Shown here piece after piece: positions 1 to 12,014 of a stretch of DNA of 64,000 bases. A program made the position numbers and the translations under genes. The notes below the pieces were generated by a model. The model was not told where the DNA came from and searched no databases. It saw only the letters and a program-made list of their open reading frames with translations. Positions within the stretch are counted from its first letter, which is position 1; each line of letters begins with the position of its first letter. Source of the DNA: Eledone cirrhosa (Eukaryota); assembly GCA_964016885.1 (NCBI GenBank), contig OZ024741.1, positions 415,090,001-415,154,000 of the forward strand, read 5' to 3'.

Positions 1-1128
1 CAGAATTCCCTCACTTCTTTCTGTTCAAACCAGCTGTATCTGCCCAGAATTCCTTACCTCTTTCTGTTCAAACCAGCTGTATCTGGCCAGAATTCCCTCA
101 CCTCTTTCTGTTCAAATCATCTGTATCTGTCCAGAATTCTCTCACTTCTTTCTGTTCAAACCAGCCATATCTGCCCAGAATTCCCTCACCTCTTTCTGTT
201 CAAACCAGCTGTATCTGACCAGAATTCTCTCACTTCATTCTGTTCAACCCAGCTGTATCTGACCAGAATTCTCTCACCTCTTTCTGTTCAAACCAGCTGT
301 ATCTGCCCAGAATCCCCTCACTTCTTTCTGTTCAAACCAGCTGTATCTGCCCAGAAATCCCTCACCTCTTTCTGTTTAAACCAGCTGTATCTGGCCAGAA
401 TTCCCTCACTTCTTTCTGTTTAAACCTTCTGTATATGCCCAGAATTTTCTCACCTCTTTCTGTTCAAACCAGCTGTATCTGCCCAGAATTCCCTCACTTC
501 TTTCTGTTCAAACCAGCTGTATCTGCCCAGAATTCCCTCACCTCTTTCTGTTCAAACCAGCTGTATCTGACCAGAATTCTCTCACTTCATTCTGTTCAAC
601 CCAGCTGTATCTGACCAGAATTCTCTCACCTCTTTCTGTTCAAACCAGCTGTATCTGCCCAGAATTCCCTCACTTCTTTCTGTTCAAACCAGCTCTATCA
701 GACCAGAATTCCCTCACCTCTTTCTGTTCAAACCAGCTGTATCTGGCCAGAATTCCCTCACCTCTTTCTGTTTAAACCAGCTGTATCTGGCCAGAATTCT
801 CTCACTTGTTTCTGTTCAAACCAGCTGTATCTGGTCAGAATTCTCTCACTTATTTCCGTTTAAACCAGCTGTATCTGGCCAGATTTCTCTCACTTCTTTT
901 TATTCAAACCAGCTGTATCTGCCCAGAATTCCCTCACCTCTTTCTGTTCAAACCAGCTGTATCTGCCCAGAATTCTCTCACCTATTTCTGTTCAAACCAG
1001 CCATATCTGCCCAGAATTCCCTCACCTCTTTCTGTTCAAACCAGCTGTATCTGACCAGAATTCTCTCACCTATTTCTGTTCAAACCAGCCATATCTGCCC
1101 AGAATTCCCTCACCTCTTTCTGTTCAAA
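1..1128. repeat. Block duplicated at ~6995-8122 (offset 6994 = 159 monomers - 2 bp)
   Basis: The 43-bp monomer 'cagaattccttacc' is at 45 and 7039, and 'agaatcccct' is at ~309 and ~7303. The spurious ORFs at 806 and 7800 are identical. Confidence 0.85.
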
Positions 1129-3019
1129 CCAGCTGTATCTGACCAGAATTCTCTCACTTCTTTCTGTTCAAACCAGCTGTATCTGCCCAGAATTCTCTCA
1201 CCTCTTTCTGTTCAAACCAGCTGTATCTGACCAGAATTCTCTCACTTCTTTCTGTTCAAACCAGCTGTATCTGACCAGAATTCTCTCACCTCTTTCTGTT
1301 CAAACCAGCTGTATCTGCCCAGAATTCCCTCACCTCTTTCTGTTTAAACCTTCTGTATATGCCCAGAATTTTCTCAGCTTTTTCTCTTCAAAGCAGCTGT
1401 ATCTGCCCAGAATTCCCTCACTTCTTTCTGTTCAAACCAGCTCTATCAGACCAGCATTCCCTCACATCTTTCTGTTCAAACCAGCTGTATCTGGCCAGAA
1501 TTCCCTCACCTCTTTCTGTTTAAACCAGCTGTATCTGGTCAGAATTCTCTCACTTATTTCCGTTTAAACCAGCTGTATCTGGCCAGATTTCTCTCACTTC
1601 TTTTTATTCAAACCAGCTGTATCTGCCCAGAATTCCCTCACCTCTTTCTGTTCAAACCAACTGTATCTGACCAGAATTCTCTCACTTCTTTCTGTTCAAA
1701 CCAGCTGTATCTGCCCAGAATTCTCTCAACTCTTTCTGTTCAAACCAGCTGTATCTGCCCAGAAATCCCTCACCTCTTTCTGTTTAAACCAGCTGTATCT
1801 GACCAGAATTCTCTCACCTCTTTCTGTTCAAACCAGCTGTATCTGCCCAGAATTCCCTCACTTCTTTCTGTTCAAACTAGCTGTATCTGCCCAGAATTCC
1901 CTCGCCTCTTTCTGTTCAAACCAGCTGTATCTGACCAGAATTCTCTCACCTATTTCTGTTCAAACCAGCCATATCTGCCCAGAATTCCCTCACCTCTTTC
2001 TGTTCAAACCAGCTGTATCTGACCAGAATTCTCTCACTTCTTTCTGTTCAAACCAGCTGTATCTGACCAGAATTCTCTCACCTCTTTCTGTTCAAACCAG
2101 CTGTATCTGCCCAGAATTCCCTCACAGCTTTCTGTTCAAACCAGCTGTATCTGCCCAGAATTCCCTCACCTCTTTCTGTTTAAACCTTCTGTATATGCCC
2201 AGAATTTTCTCACCTTTTTCTCTTCAAAGCAGCTGTATCTGCCCAGAATTCCCTCACTTCTTTCTGTTCAAACCAGCTGTATCTGCCCAGAATTCCGTAC
2301 CTCTTTCTGTTCAAACCAGCTGTATCTGGCCAGAATTCCCTCACCTCTTTCTGTTCAAATCATCTGTATATGCCCAGAATTCTCTCACTTCTTTCTGTTC
2401 AAACCAGCCATATCTGCCCAGAATTCCCTCACCTCTTTCTGTTCAACCCAGCTGTATCTGACCAGAATTCCCTCACCTCTTTCTGTTCAAACCAGCTGTA
2501 TCTGCCCAGAATTCTCTCACTTCATTCTGTTCAACCCAGCTGTATCTGACCAGAATTCCCTCACCTCTTTCTGTTCAAACCAGCTGTATCTGACCAGAAT
2601 TCTCTCACTTCATTCTGTTCAACCCAGCTGTATCTGACCAGAATTCTCTCACCTCTTTCTGTTCAAACCAGCTGTATCTGCCCAGAATTCCCTCACTTCT
2701 TTCTGTTCAAACCAGCTGTATCTGCCCAGAAATCCCTCACCTCTTTCTGTTTAAACCAGCTGTATCTGGCCAGAATTCCCTCACTTCTTTCTGTTTAAAC
2801 CTTCTGTATATGCCCAGAATTTTCTCACCTCTTTCTGTTCAAACCAGCTGTATCCGCCCAGAATTCCCTCACTTCTTTCTGTTCAAACCAGCTGTATCTG
2901 CCCAGAATTCCCTCACCTCTTTCTGTTCAAACCAGCTGTATCTGCCCAGAATTCCCTCACCTCTTTCTGTTCAAACCAGCTGTATCTGACCAGAATTCTC
3001 TCACCTATTTCCGTTCAAA

Positions 3020-6000
3020 CCAGCCATATCTGCCCAGAATTCCCTCACCTCTTTCTGTTCAAAGCAGCTGTATCTGACCAGAATTCTCTCACTTCTTTCT
3101 GTTCAAACCAGCTGTATCTGCCCAGAATTCCCTCACCTCTTTCTGTTCAAACCAGCTGTATCTGCCCAGAATTCCCTCACCTCTTTCTGTTTAAACCAGC
3201 TGTATCAGACCAGCATTCCCTCACCTCTTTCTGTTCAAACCAGCTGTATCTGGCCAGAATTCCCTCACCTCTTTCTGTTTAAACCAGCTGTATCTGGCCA
3301 GAATTCTCTCACTTGTTTCTGTTCAAACCAGCTGTATCTGGTCAGAATTCTCTCACTTATTTCCGTTTAAACCAGCTGTATCTGTCCAGATTTCTCTCAC
3401 TTCTTTTTATTCAAACCAGCTGTATATGACCAGAATTCTCTCACTTCTTTCTGTTCAAACCAGCTGTATCTGCCCAGAATTCCCTCACCTCTTTCTGTTC
3501 AAACCATCTGTATCTGACCAGAATTCCCTCTCCTCTTTCTGTTTAAACCATCTGTATCTGCCCAGAATTCTGTCACTTCTTTCTGTTCAAACCAGCTGTA
3601 TCTGACCAGAATTCTCTCACTTCATTCTGTTCAACCCAGCTGTATCTGACCAGAATTCTCTCACCTCTTTCTGTTGAAACCAGCTGTATCTGCCCAGAAT
3701 TCCCTCACTTCTTTCTGTTCAAACCAGCTGTATCTGCCCAGAAATCCCTCACCTCTTTCTGTTTAAACCAGCTGTATCTGGCCAGAATTCCCTCACTTCT
3801 TTCTGTTTAAACCTTCTGTATATGCCCACAATTTTCTCACCTCTTTCTGTTCAAACCAGCTGTATCTGACCAGAATTCTCTCACCTATTTCTATTCAAAC
3901 CAGCCATATCTGCCCAGAATTCCCTCACCTCTTTCTGTTCAAACCAGCTGTATCTGACCAGAATTCTCTCACTTCTTTCTTTTCAAACCAGCTGTATCTG
4001 CCCAGAATTCTCTCACCTCTTTCTGTTCAAACCAGCTGTATCTGCCCAGAATTCCCTCACCTCTTTTTGTTCAAACCAGCTCTATCTGACCAGCATTCCC
4101 TCACCTCTTTCTGTTCAAACCAGCTGTATCTGACCAGAATTCTCTTGCCTCTTTCTGTTCAAACCAGCTGTATCTGCCCAGAATTCCCTCACTTCTTTCT
4201 GTTCAAACCAGCTGTATCTGCCCAGAGTTCCCTCACCTCTTTCTGTTCAAACCAGCTCTATCAGACCAGCATTCCCTCACCTCTTTCTGTTCAAACCAGC
4301 TGTATCTGGCCAGAATTCCCTCACCTCTTTCTGTTTAAACCAGCTGTATCTGGCCAGAATTCTCTCACTTGTTTCTGTTCAAACCAGCTGTATCTGGTCA
4401 GAATTCTCTCACTTATTTCCGTTTAAACCAGCTGTATCTGGCCAGATTTCTCTCACTTCTTTTTATTCAAACCAGCTGTATCTGCCCAGAATTCCTTCTC
4501 CTCTTTCTGTTCAAACCAGCTGTATCTGACCAGAATTCCCTCTCCTCTTTCTGTTTAAACCATCTGTATCTGCCCAGAATTCTGTCACCTCTTTCTGTTC
4601 AAACCAGCTGTATCTGCCCAGAATTCCCTCACCTCTTTCTGTTTAAACCTTCTGTATATGCCCAGAATGTTCTCACCTCTTTCTGTTCAAACCAGCTGTA
4701 TCTGACCAGAATTCTCTCACTTCATTCTGTTCAAACCAGCTGTATCTGACCAGAATTCTCTCACCTCTTTCTGTTCAAACCAGCTGTATCTGCCCAGAAT
4801 TCCCTCACTTCTTTCTGTTCAAACCAGCTGTATCTGCCCAGAAATCCCTCACCTCTTTCTGTTCAAACCAGCTGTATCTGCCCAGAATTCTCTCACCTCA
4901 TTCTGTTCAAACCAGCTGTATCTGCCCAGAATTCCCTCACCTCTTTCTTTTCAAACCAGCTGTATCTGACCAGAATTCTCTCACTTCTTTCTGTTAAAAC
5001 CAGCTGTATCTGGCCAGAATTCTCTCACTTCTTTCTGTTCAAACCAGCTGTATCTGACCAGAATTCTCTCACCTCTTTCTGTTCAAACCAGCTGTATCTG
5101 CCCAGAATTCTCTCACCTCTTTCTATTCAAACCAGCTGTATCTGGCCAGAATTCTCTCACTTCTTTCTGTTTAAACCAGCTGTATCTGGCCAGAATTCTC
5201 TCACCTCTTTCTGTTCAAACCAGCCGTATCTGCCCAGAATTCCCTCACCTCATTCTGTTCAAACCATCTGTATCTTACCAGAATTCCCTCTCCTCTTTCT
5301 GTTTAAACCATCTGTATCTGCCCAGAATTCTGTCACTTCTTTCTGTTCAAACCAGCTGTATCTGCCCAGAATTCCCTCACCTCTTTCTGTTTACACCTTC
5401 TGTATATGCCCAGAATTTTCTCACCTCTTTCTGTTCAAAGCAGCTGTATCTGCCCAGAATTCTCTCACTTCTTTCTGTTCAAACCAGCCATATCTGCCCA
5501 GAATTCCCTCACCTCTTTCTGTTCAAACCAGCTGTATCTGACCAGAATTCTCTCACTTCATTCTGTTCAAACCAGCTGTATCTGACCAGAATTCTCTCAC
5601 CTCTTTCTGTTCAAACCAGCTGTATCTGACCAGAATTCTCTCACCTCTTTCTTTTCAAACCAGCTGTATCTGCCCCGAATTCTCTCACCTGTTTCTGTTC
5701 AAATCAGCTGCATCTGGTCAGAATTCTCTCACTTCTTTCTGTTTAAACCAGCTGTATCTGGTCAGAATTCTCTCACTTCTTTCTGTTCAAACCAGCTGTA
5801 TCTGACCAGAATTCCCTCACCTCTTTCTGTTCAAACCAGCTGTTTCTGCCCAGAATTCCCTCACTTCTTTCTGTTCAAACCAGCTGTATCTGCCCAGAAT
5901 TCCCTCACCTCTTTCTGTTCACAACAGCTGTATCTGCCCAGAATTCCCTCACTTCTTTCTGTTCAAACCAGCTGTATCTGCCCAGAATTCTCTCACCTGT

Positions 6001-9000
6001 TTATGTTCAAACCAGCTGTATCTGGTCAGAATTCTCTCAATTCTTTCTGTTTAAACCAGCTGTATCTGCCCAGAATTCCCTCACCTCTTTCTGTTCAAAC
6101 CAGCCGTATCTGCCCAGAATTCTCTTACCTCTTTCTGTTCAAACCAGCTGTATCTGCCCAGAATTCCCTCACCTCTTTCTGTTCAAACCAGCTGTATCTG
6201 ACCAGAATTCTCTCACCTGTTTCTGTTCAAACCAGCTTTATCTGGCCAGAATTTTCTCACTTCTTTCTGTTCAAACCAGCTGTGTCTGACCAGAATTCTC
6301 TCACTTCTTTCTGTTCAAACCATCTGTATCTGACCAGAATTCCCTCTCCTCTTTCTGTTTATACCATCTGTATCTGCCCAGAATTCTGTCACTTCTTTCT
6401 GTTCAAACCAGCTGTATCTGACCAGAATTCTCTCACTTCATTCTGTTCAACCCAGCTGTATCTGACCAGAATTCTCTCACCTCTTTCTGTTCAAACCAGC
6501 TGTATCTGCCCAGAATTTCCTCACTTATTTCTGTTCAAACCAGCTGTATCTGCCCAGAAATCCCTCACCTCTTTCTGTTTAAACCAGCTGTATCTGGCCA
6601 GAATTCCCTCACTTCTTTCTGTTTAAACCTTCTGTATATGCCCACAATTTTCTCACCTCTTTCTGTTCAAACCAGCTGTATCTGACCAGAATTCTCTCAC
6701 CTATTTCTGTTCAAACCAGCCATATCTGCCCAGAATTCCCTCACCTCTTTCTGTTCAAACCAGCTGTATCTGACCAGAATTCTCTCACTTCTTTCTGTTC
6801 AAACCAGCTGTATCTGACCAGAATTCTCTCACCTCTTTCTGTTCAAACCAGCTGTATCTGCCCAGAATTCCCTCACAGCTTTCTGTTCAAACCAGCTGTA
6901 TCTGCCCAGAATTCCCTCACCTCTTTCTGTTTAAACCTTCTGTATATGCCCAGAATTTTCTCACCTTTTTCTCTTCAAAGCAGCTGTATCTGCCCAGAAT
7001 TCCCTCACTTCTTTCTGTTCAAACCAGCTGTATCTGCCCAGAATTCCTTACCTCTTTCTGTTCAAACCAGCTGTATCTGGCCAGAATTCCCTCACCTCTT
7101 TCTGTTCAAATCATCTGTATCTGTCCAGAATTCTCTCACTTCTTTCTGTTCAAACCAGCCATATCTGCCCAGAATTCCCTCACCTCTTTCTGTTCAAACC
7201 AGCTGTATCTGACCAGAATTCTCTCACTTCATTCTGTTCAACCCAGCTGTATCTGACCAGAATTCTCTCACCTCTTTCTGTTCAAACCAGCTGTATCTGC
7301 CCAGAATCCCCTCACTTCTTTCTGTTCAAACCAGCTGTATCTGCCCAGAAATCCCTCACCTCTTTCTGTTTAAACCAGCTGTATCTGGCCAGAATTCCCT
7401 CACTTCTTTCTGTTTAAACCTTCTGTATATGCCCAGAATTTTCTCACCTCTTTCTGTTCAAACCAGCTGTATCTGCCCAGAATTCCCTCACTTCTTTCTG
7501 TTCAAACCAGCTGTATCTGCCCAGAATTCCCTCACCTCTTTCTGTTCAAACCAGCTGTATCTGACCAGAATTCTCTCACTTCATTCTGTTCAACCCAGCT
7601 GTATCTGACCAGAATTCTCTCACCTCTTTCTGTTCAAACCAGCTGTATCTGCCCAGAATTCCCTCACTTCTTTCTGTTCAAACCAGCTCTATCAGACCAG
7701 AATTCCCTCACCTCTTTCTGTTCAAACCAGCTGTATCTGGCCAGAATTCCCTCACCTCTTTCTGTTTAAACCAGCTGTATCTGGCCAGAATTCTCTCACT
7801 TGTTTCTGTTCAAACCAGCTGTATCTGGTCAGAATTCTCTCACTTATTTCCGTTTAAACCAGCTGTATCTGGCCAGATTTCTCTCACTTCTTTTTATTCA
7901 AACCAGCTGTATCTGCCCAGAATTCCCTCACCTCTTTCTGTTCAAACCAGCTGTATCTGCCCAGAATTCTCTCACCTATTTCTGTTCAAACCAGCCATAT
8001 CTGCCCAGAATTCCCTCACCTCTTTCTGTTCAAACCAGCTGTATCTGACCAGAATTCTCTCACCTATTTCTGTTCAAACCAGCCATATCTGCCCAGAATT
8101 CCCTCACCTCTTTCTGTTCAAAGCAGCTGTATCTGACCAGAATTCTCTCACTTCTTTCTGTTCAAACCAGCTGTATCTGCCCAGAATTCCCTCACCTCTT
8201 TCTGTTCAAACCAGCTGTATCTGCCCAGAATTCCCTCACCTCTTTCTGTTTAAACCAGCTGTATCAGACCAGCATTCCCTCACCTCTTTCTGTTCAAACC
8301 AGCTGTATCTGGCCAGAATTCCCTCACCTCTTTCTGTTTAAACCAGCTGTATCTGGCCAGAATTCTCTCACTTGTTTCTGTTCAAACCAGCTGTATCTGG
8401 TCAGAATTCTCTCACTTATTTCCGTTTAAACCAGCTGTATCTGTCCAGATTTCTCTCACTTCTTTTTATTCAAACCAGCTGTATATGACCAGAATTCTCT
8501 CACTTCTTTCTGTTCAAACCAGCTGTATCTGCCCAGAATTCCCTCACCTCTTTCTGTTCAAACCATCTGTATCTGACCAGAATTCCCTCTCCTCTTTCTG
8601 TTTAAACCATCTGTATCTGCCCAGAATTCTGTCACTTCTTTCTGTTCAAACCAGCTGTATCTGACCAGAATTCTCTCACTTCATTCTGTTCAACCCAGCT
8701 GTATCTGACCAGAATTCTCTCACCTCTTTCTGTTGAAACCAGCTGTATCTGCCCAGAATTCCCTCACTTCTTTCTGTTCAAACCAGCTGTATCTGCCCAG
8801 AAATCCCTCACCTCTTTCTGTTTAAACCAGCTGTATCTGGCCAGAATTCCCTCACTTCTTTCTGTTTAAACCTTCTGTATATGCCCACAATTTTCTCACC
8901 TCTTTCTGTTCAAACCAGCTGTATCTGACCAGAATTCTCTCACCTATTTCTATTCAAACCAGCCATATCTGCCCAGAATTCCCTCACCTCTTTCTGTTCA

Positions 9001-12000
9001 AACCAGCTGTATCTGACCAGAATTCTCTCACTTCTTTCTTTTCAAACCAGCTGTATCTGCCCAGAATTCTCTCACCTCTTTCTGTTCAAACCAGCTGTAT
9101 CTGCCCAGAATTCCCTCACCTCTTTTTGTTCAAACCAGCTCTATCTGACCAGCATTCCCTCACCTTTTTCTGTTCAAACCAGCTGTATCTGACCAGAATT
9201 CTCTTACCTCTTTCTGTTCAAACCAGCTGTATCTGCCCAGAATTCCCTCACTTCTTTCTGTTCAAACCAGCTGTATCTGCCCAGAGTTCCCTCACCTCTT
9301 TCTGTTCAAACCAGCTCTATCAGACCAGCATTCCCTCACCTCTTTCTGTTCAAACCAGCTGTATCTGGCCAGAATTCCCTCACCTCTTTCTGTTTAAACC
9401 AGCTGTATCTGGCCAGAATTCTCTCACTTGTTTCTGTTCAAACCAGCTGTATCTGGTCAGAATTCTCTCACTTATTTCCGTTTAAACCAGCTGTATCTGG
9501 CCAGATTTCTCTCACTTCTTTTTATTCAAACCAGCTGTATCTGCCCAGAATTCCTTCTCCTCTTTCTGTTCAAACCAGCTGTATCTGACCAGAATTCCCT
9601 CTCCTCTTTCTGTTTAAACCATCTGTATCTGCCCAGAATTCTGTCACCTCTTTCTGTTCAAACCAGCTGTATCTGCCCAGAATTCCCTCACCTCTTTCTG
9701 TTTAAACCTTCTGTATATGCCCAGAATGTTCTCACCTCTTTCTGTTCAAACCAGCTGTATCTGACCAGAATTCTCTCACTTCATTCTGTTCAAACCAGCT
9801 GTATCTGACCAGAATTCTCTCACCTCTTTCTGTTCAAACCAGCTGTATCTGCCCAGAATTCCCTCACTTCTTTCTGTTCAAACCAGCTGTATCTGCCCAG
9901 AAATCCCTCACCTCTTTCTGTTCAAACCAGCTGTATCTGCCCAGAATTCTCTCACCTCATTCTGTTCAAACCAGCTGTATCTGCCCAGAATTCCCTCACC
10001 TCTTTCTTTTCAAACCAGCTGTATCTGACCAGAATTCTCTCACTTCTTTCTGTTAAAACCAGCTGTATCTGGCCAGAATTCTCTCACTTCTTTCTGTTCA
10101 AACCAGCTGTATCTGACCAGAATTCTCTCACCTCTTTCTGTTCAAACCAGCTGTATCTGCCCAGAATTCTCTCACCTCTTTCTATTCAAACCAGCTGTCT
10201 CTGGCCAGAATTCTCTCACTTCTTTCTGTTTAAACCAGCTGTATCTGGCCAGAATTCTCTCACCTCTTTCTGTTCAAACCAGCCGTATCTGCCCAGAATT
10301 CCCTCACCTCATTCTGTTCAAACCATCTGTATCTTACCAGAATTCCCTCTCCTCTTTCTGTTTAAACCATCTGTATCTGCCCAGAATTCTGTCACTTCTT
10401 TCTGTTCAAACCAGCTGTATCTGCCCAGAATTCCCTCACCTCTTTCTGTTTACACCTTCTGTATATGCCCAGAATTTTCTCACCTCTTTCTGTTCAAAGC
10501 AGCTGTATCTGCCCAGAATTCTCTCACTTCTTTCTGTTCAAACCAGCCATATCTGCCCAGAATTCCCTCACCTCTTTCTGTTCAAACCAGCTGTATCTGA
10601 CCAGAATTCTCTCACTTCATTCTGTTCAAACCAGCTGTATCTGACCAGAATTCTCTCACCTCTTTCTGTTCAAACCAGCTGTATCTGACCAGAATTCTCT
10701 CACCTCTTTCTTTTCAAACCAGCTGTATCTGCCCAGAATTCTCTCACCTGTTTCTGTTCAAATCAGCTGCATCTGGTCAGAATTCTCTCACTTCTTTCTG
10801 TTTAAACCAGCTGTATCTGGTCAGAATTCTCTCACTTCTTTCTGTTCAAACCAGCTGTATCTGACCAGAATTCCCTCACCTCTTTCTGTTCAAACCAGCT
10901 GTTTCTGCCCAGAATTCCCTCACTTCTTTCTGTTCAAACCAGCTGTATCTGCCCAGAATTCCCTCACCTCTTTCTGTTCACAACAGCTGTATCTGCCCAG
11001 AATTCCCTCACTTCTTTCTGTTCAAACCAGCTGTATCTGCCCAGAATTCTCTCACCTGTTTATGTTCAAACCAGCTGTATCTGGTCAGAATTCTCTCAAT
11101 TCTTTCTGTTTAAACCAGCTGTATCTGGCCAGAATTCTCTCAATTTATTTCTGTTCACACCAGCTGTATCTGACCAGAATTCCCTCACCTCTTTCTGTTC
11201 AAACCAGCTGTATCTGACCAGAATTCTCTCACTTCTTTCTGTTCAAACCAGCTGTATCTGCCCAGAATTCCCTCACCTCTTTCTGTTCAAACCAGCCGTA
11301 TCTGCCCAGAATTCTCTTACCTCTTTCTGTTCAAACCAGCTGTATCTGCCCAGAATTCCCTCACCTCTTTCTGTTCAAACCAGCTGTATCTGACCAGAAT
11401 TCTCTCACCTGTTTCTGTTCAAACCAGCTTTATCTGGCCAGAATTTTCTCACTTCTTTCTGTTCAAACCAGCTGTGTCTGACCAGAATTCTCTCACTTCT
11501 TTCTGTTCAAACCATCTGTATCTGACCAGAATTCCCTCTCCTCTTTCTGTTTATACCATCTGTATCTGCCCAGAATTCTGTCACTTCTTTCTGTTCAAAC
11601 CAGCTGTATCTGACCAGAATTCTCTCACTTCATTCTGTTCAACCCAGCTGTATCTGACCAGAATTCTCTCACCTCTTTCTGTTCAAACCAGCTGTATCTG
11701 CCCAGAATTTCCTCACTTATTTCTGTTCAAACCAGCTGTATCTGCCCAGAAATCCCTCACCTCTTTCTGTTTAAACCAGCTGTATCTGGCCAGAATTCCC
11801 TCACTTCTTTCTGTTTAAACCTTCTGTATATGCCCACAATTTTCTCACCTCTTTCTGTTCAAACCAGCTGTATCTGACCAGAATTCTCTCACCTATTTCT
11901 GTTCAAACCAGCCATATCTGCCCAGAATTCCCTCACCTCTTTCTGTTCAAACCAGCTGTATCTGACCAGAATTCTCTCACTTCTTTCTGTTCAAACCAGC

Positions 12001-12005
12001 TGTAT
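3020..12005. repeat. Higher-order duplication ~3020-6810 vs ~8080-12005 (offset 5059 = 115 monomers - 1 bp, then 5192 after a 3-monomer gain)
   Basis: ORF pairs 4067/9126 and 4369/9428 are offset by 5059, and ORF ends 6626/11818 by 5192. Shared rare variants include 'tatcttacca' (5271/~10330) and 'tttatacca' (~6358/~11550). Confidence 0.85.
11130..11174. repeat. First copy of the 45-bp variant monomer (cagaattctctcaatttatttctgttcacaccagctgtatctgac); 23 copies between 11130 and ~62320
   Basis: 'caatttattt' or a one-base derivative is at 11141, 12066, 13915, 16688, 22013, 23642, 27779, 30860, 33941, 34998, 37331, 39708, 41029, 43538, 48158, 48642, 51239, 53880, 54672, 56696, 59160, 59644 and 62285. 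Each shifts the register by +1. Confidence 0.9.
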
Positions 12006-12014
12006 CTGCCCAGA

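Noticed and set aside
1-44. CENP-B box, tRNA/5S-derived or alpha-satellite identity
   Set aside because: There is no TTCG....A..CGGG motif (the consensus has no CpG), no recognisable pol III A/B boxes, and the monomer length and sequence do not match alpha satellite.
21-47. Internal sub-repeat ctgt-tcaaaccag / ctgtatctgcccag suggesting a 13-14-bp ancestral unit
   Set aside because: Only about 10 of 14 positions match with a gap, and the remaining 17 bp do not fit. This is too weak to support.
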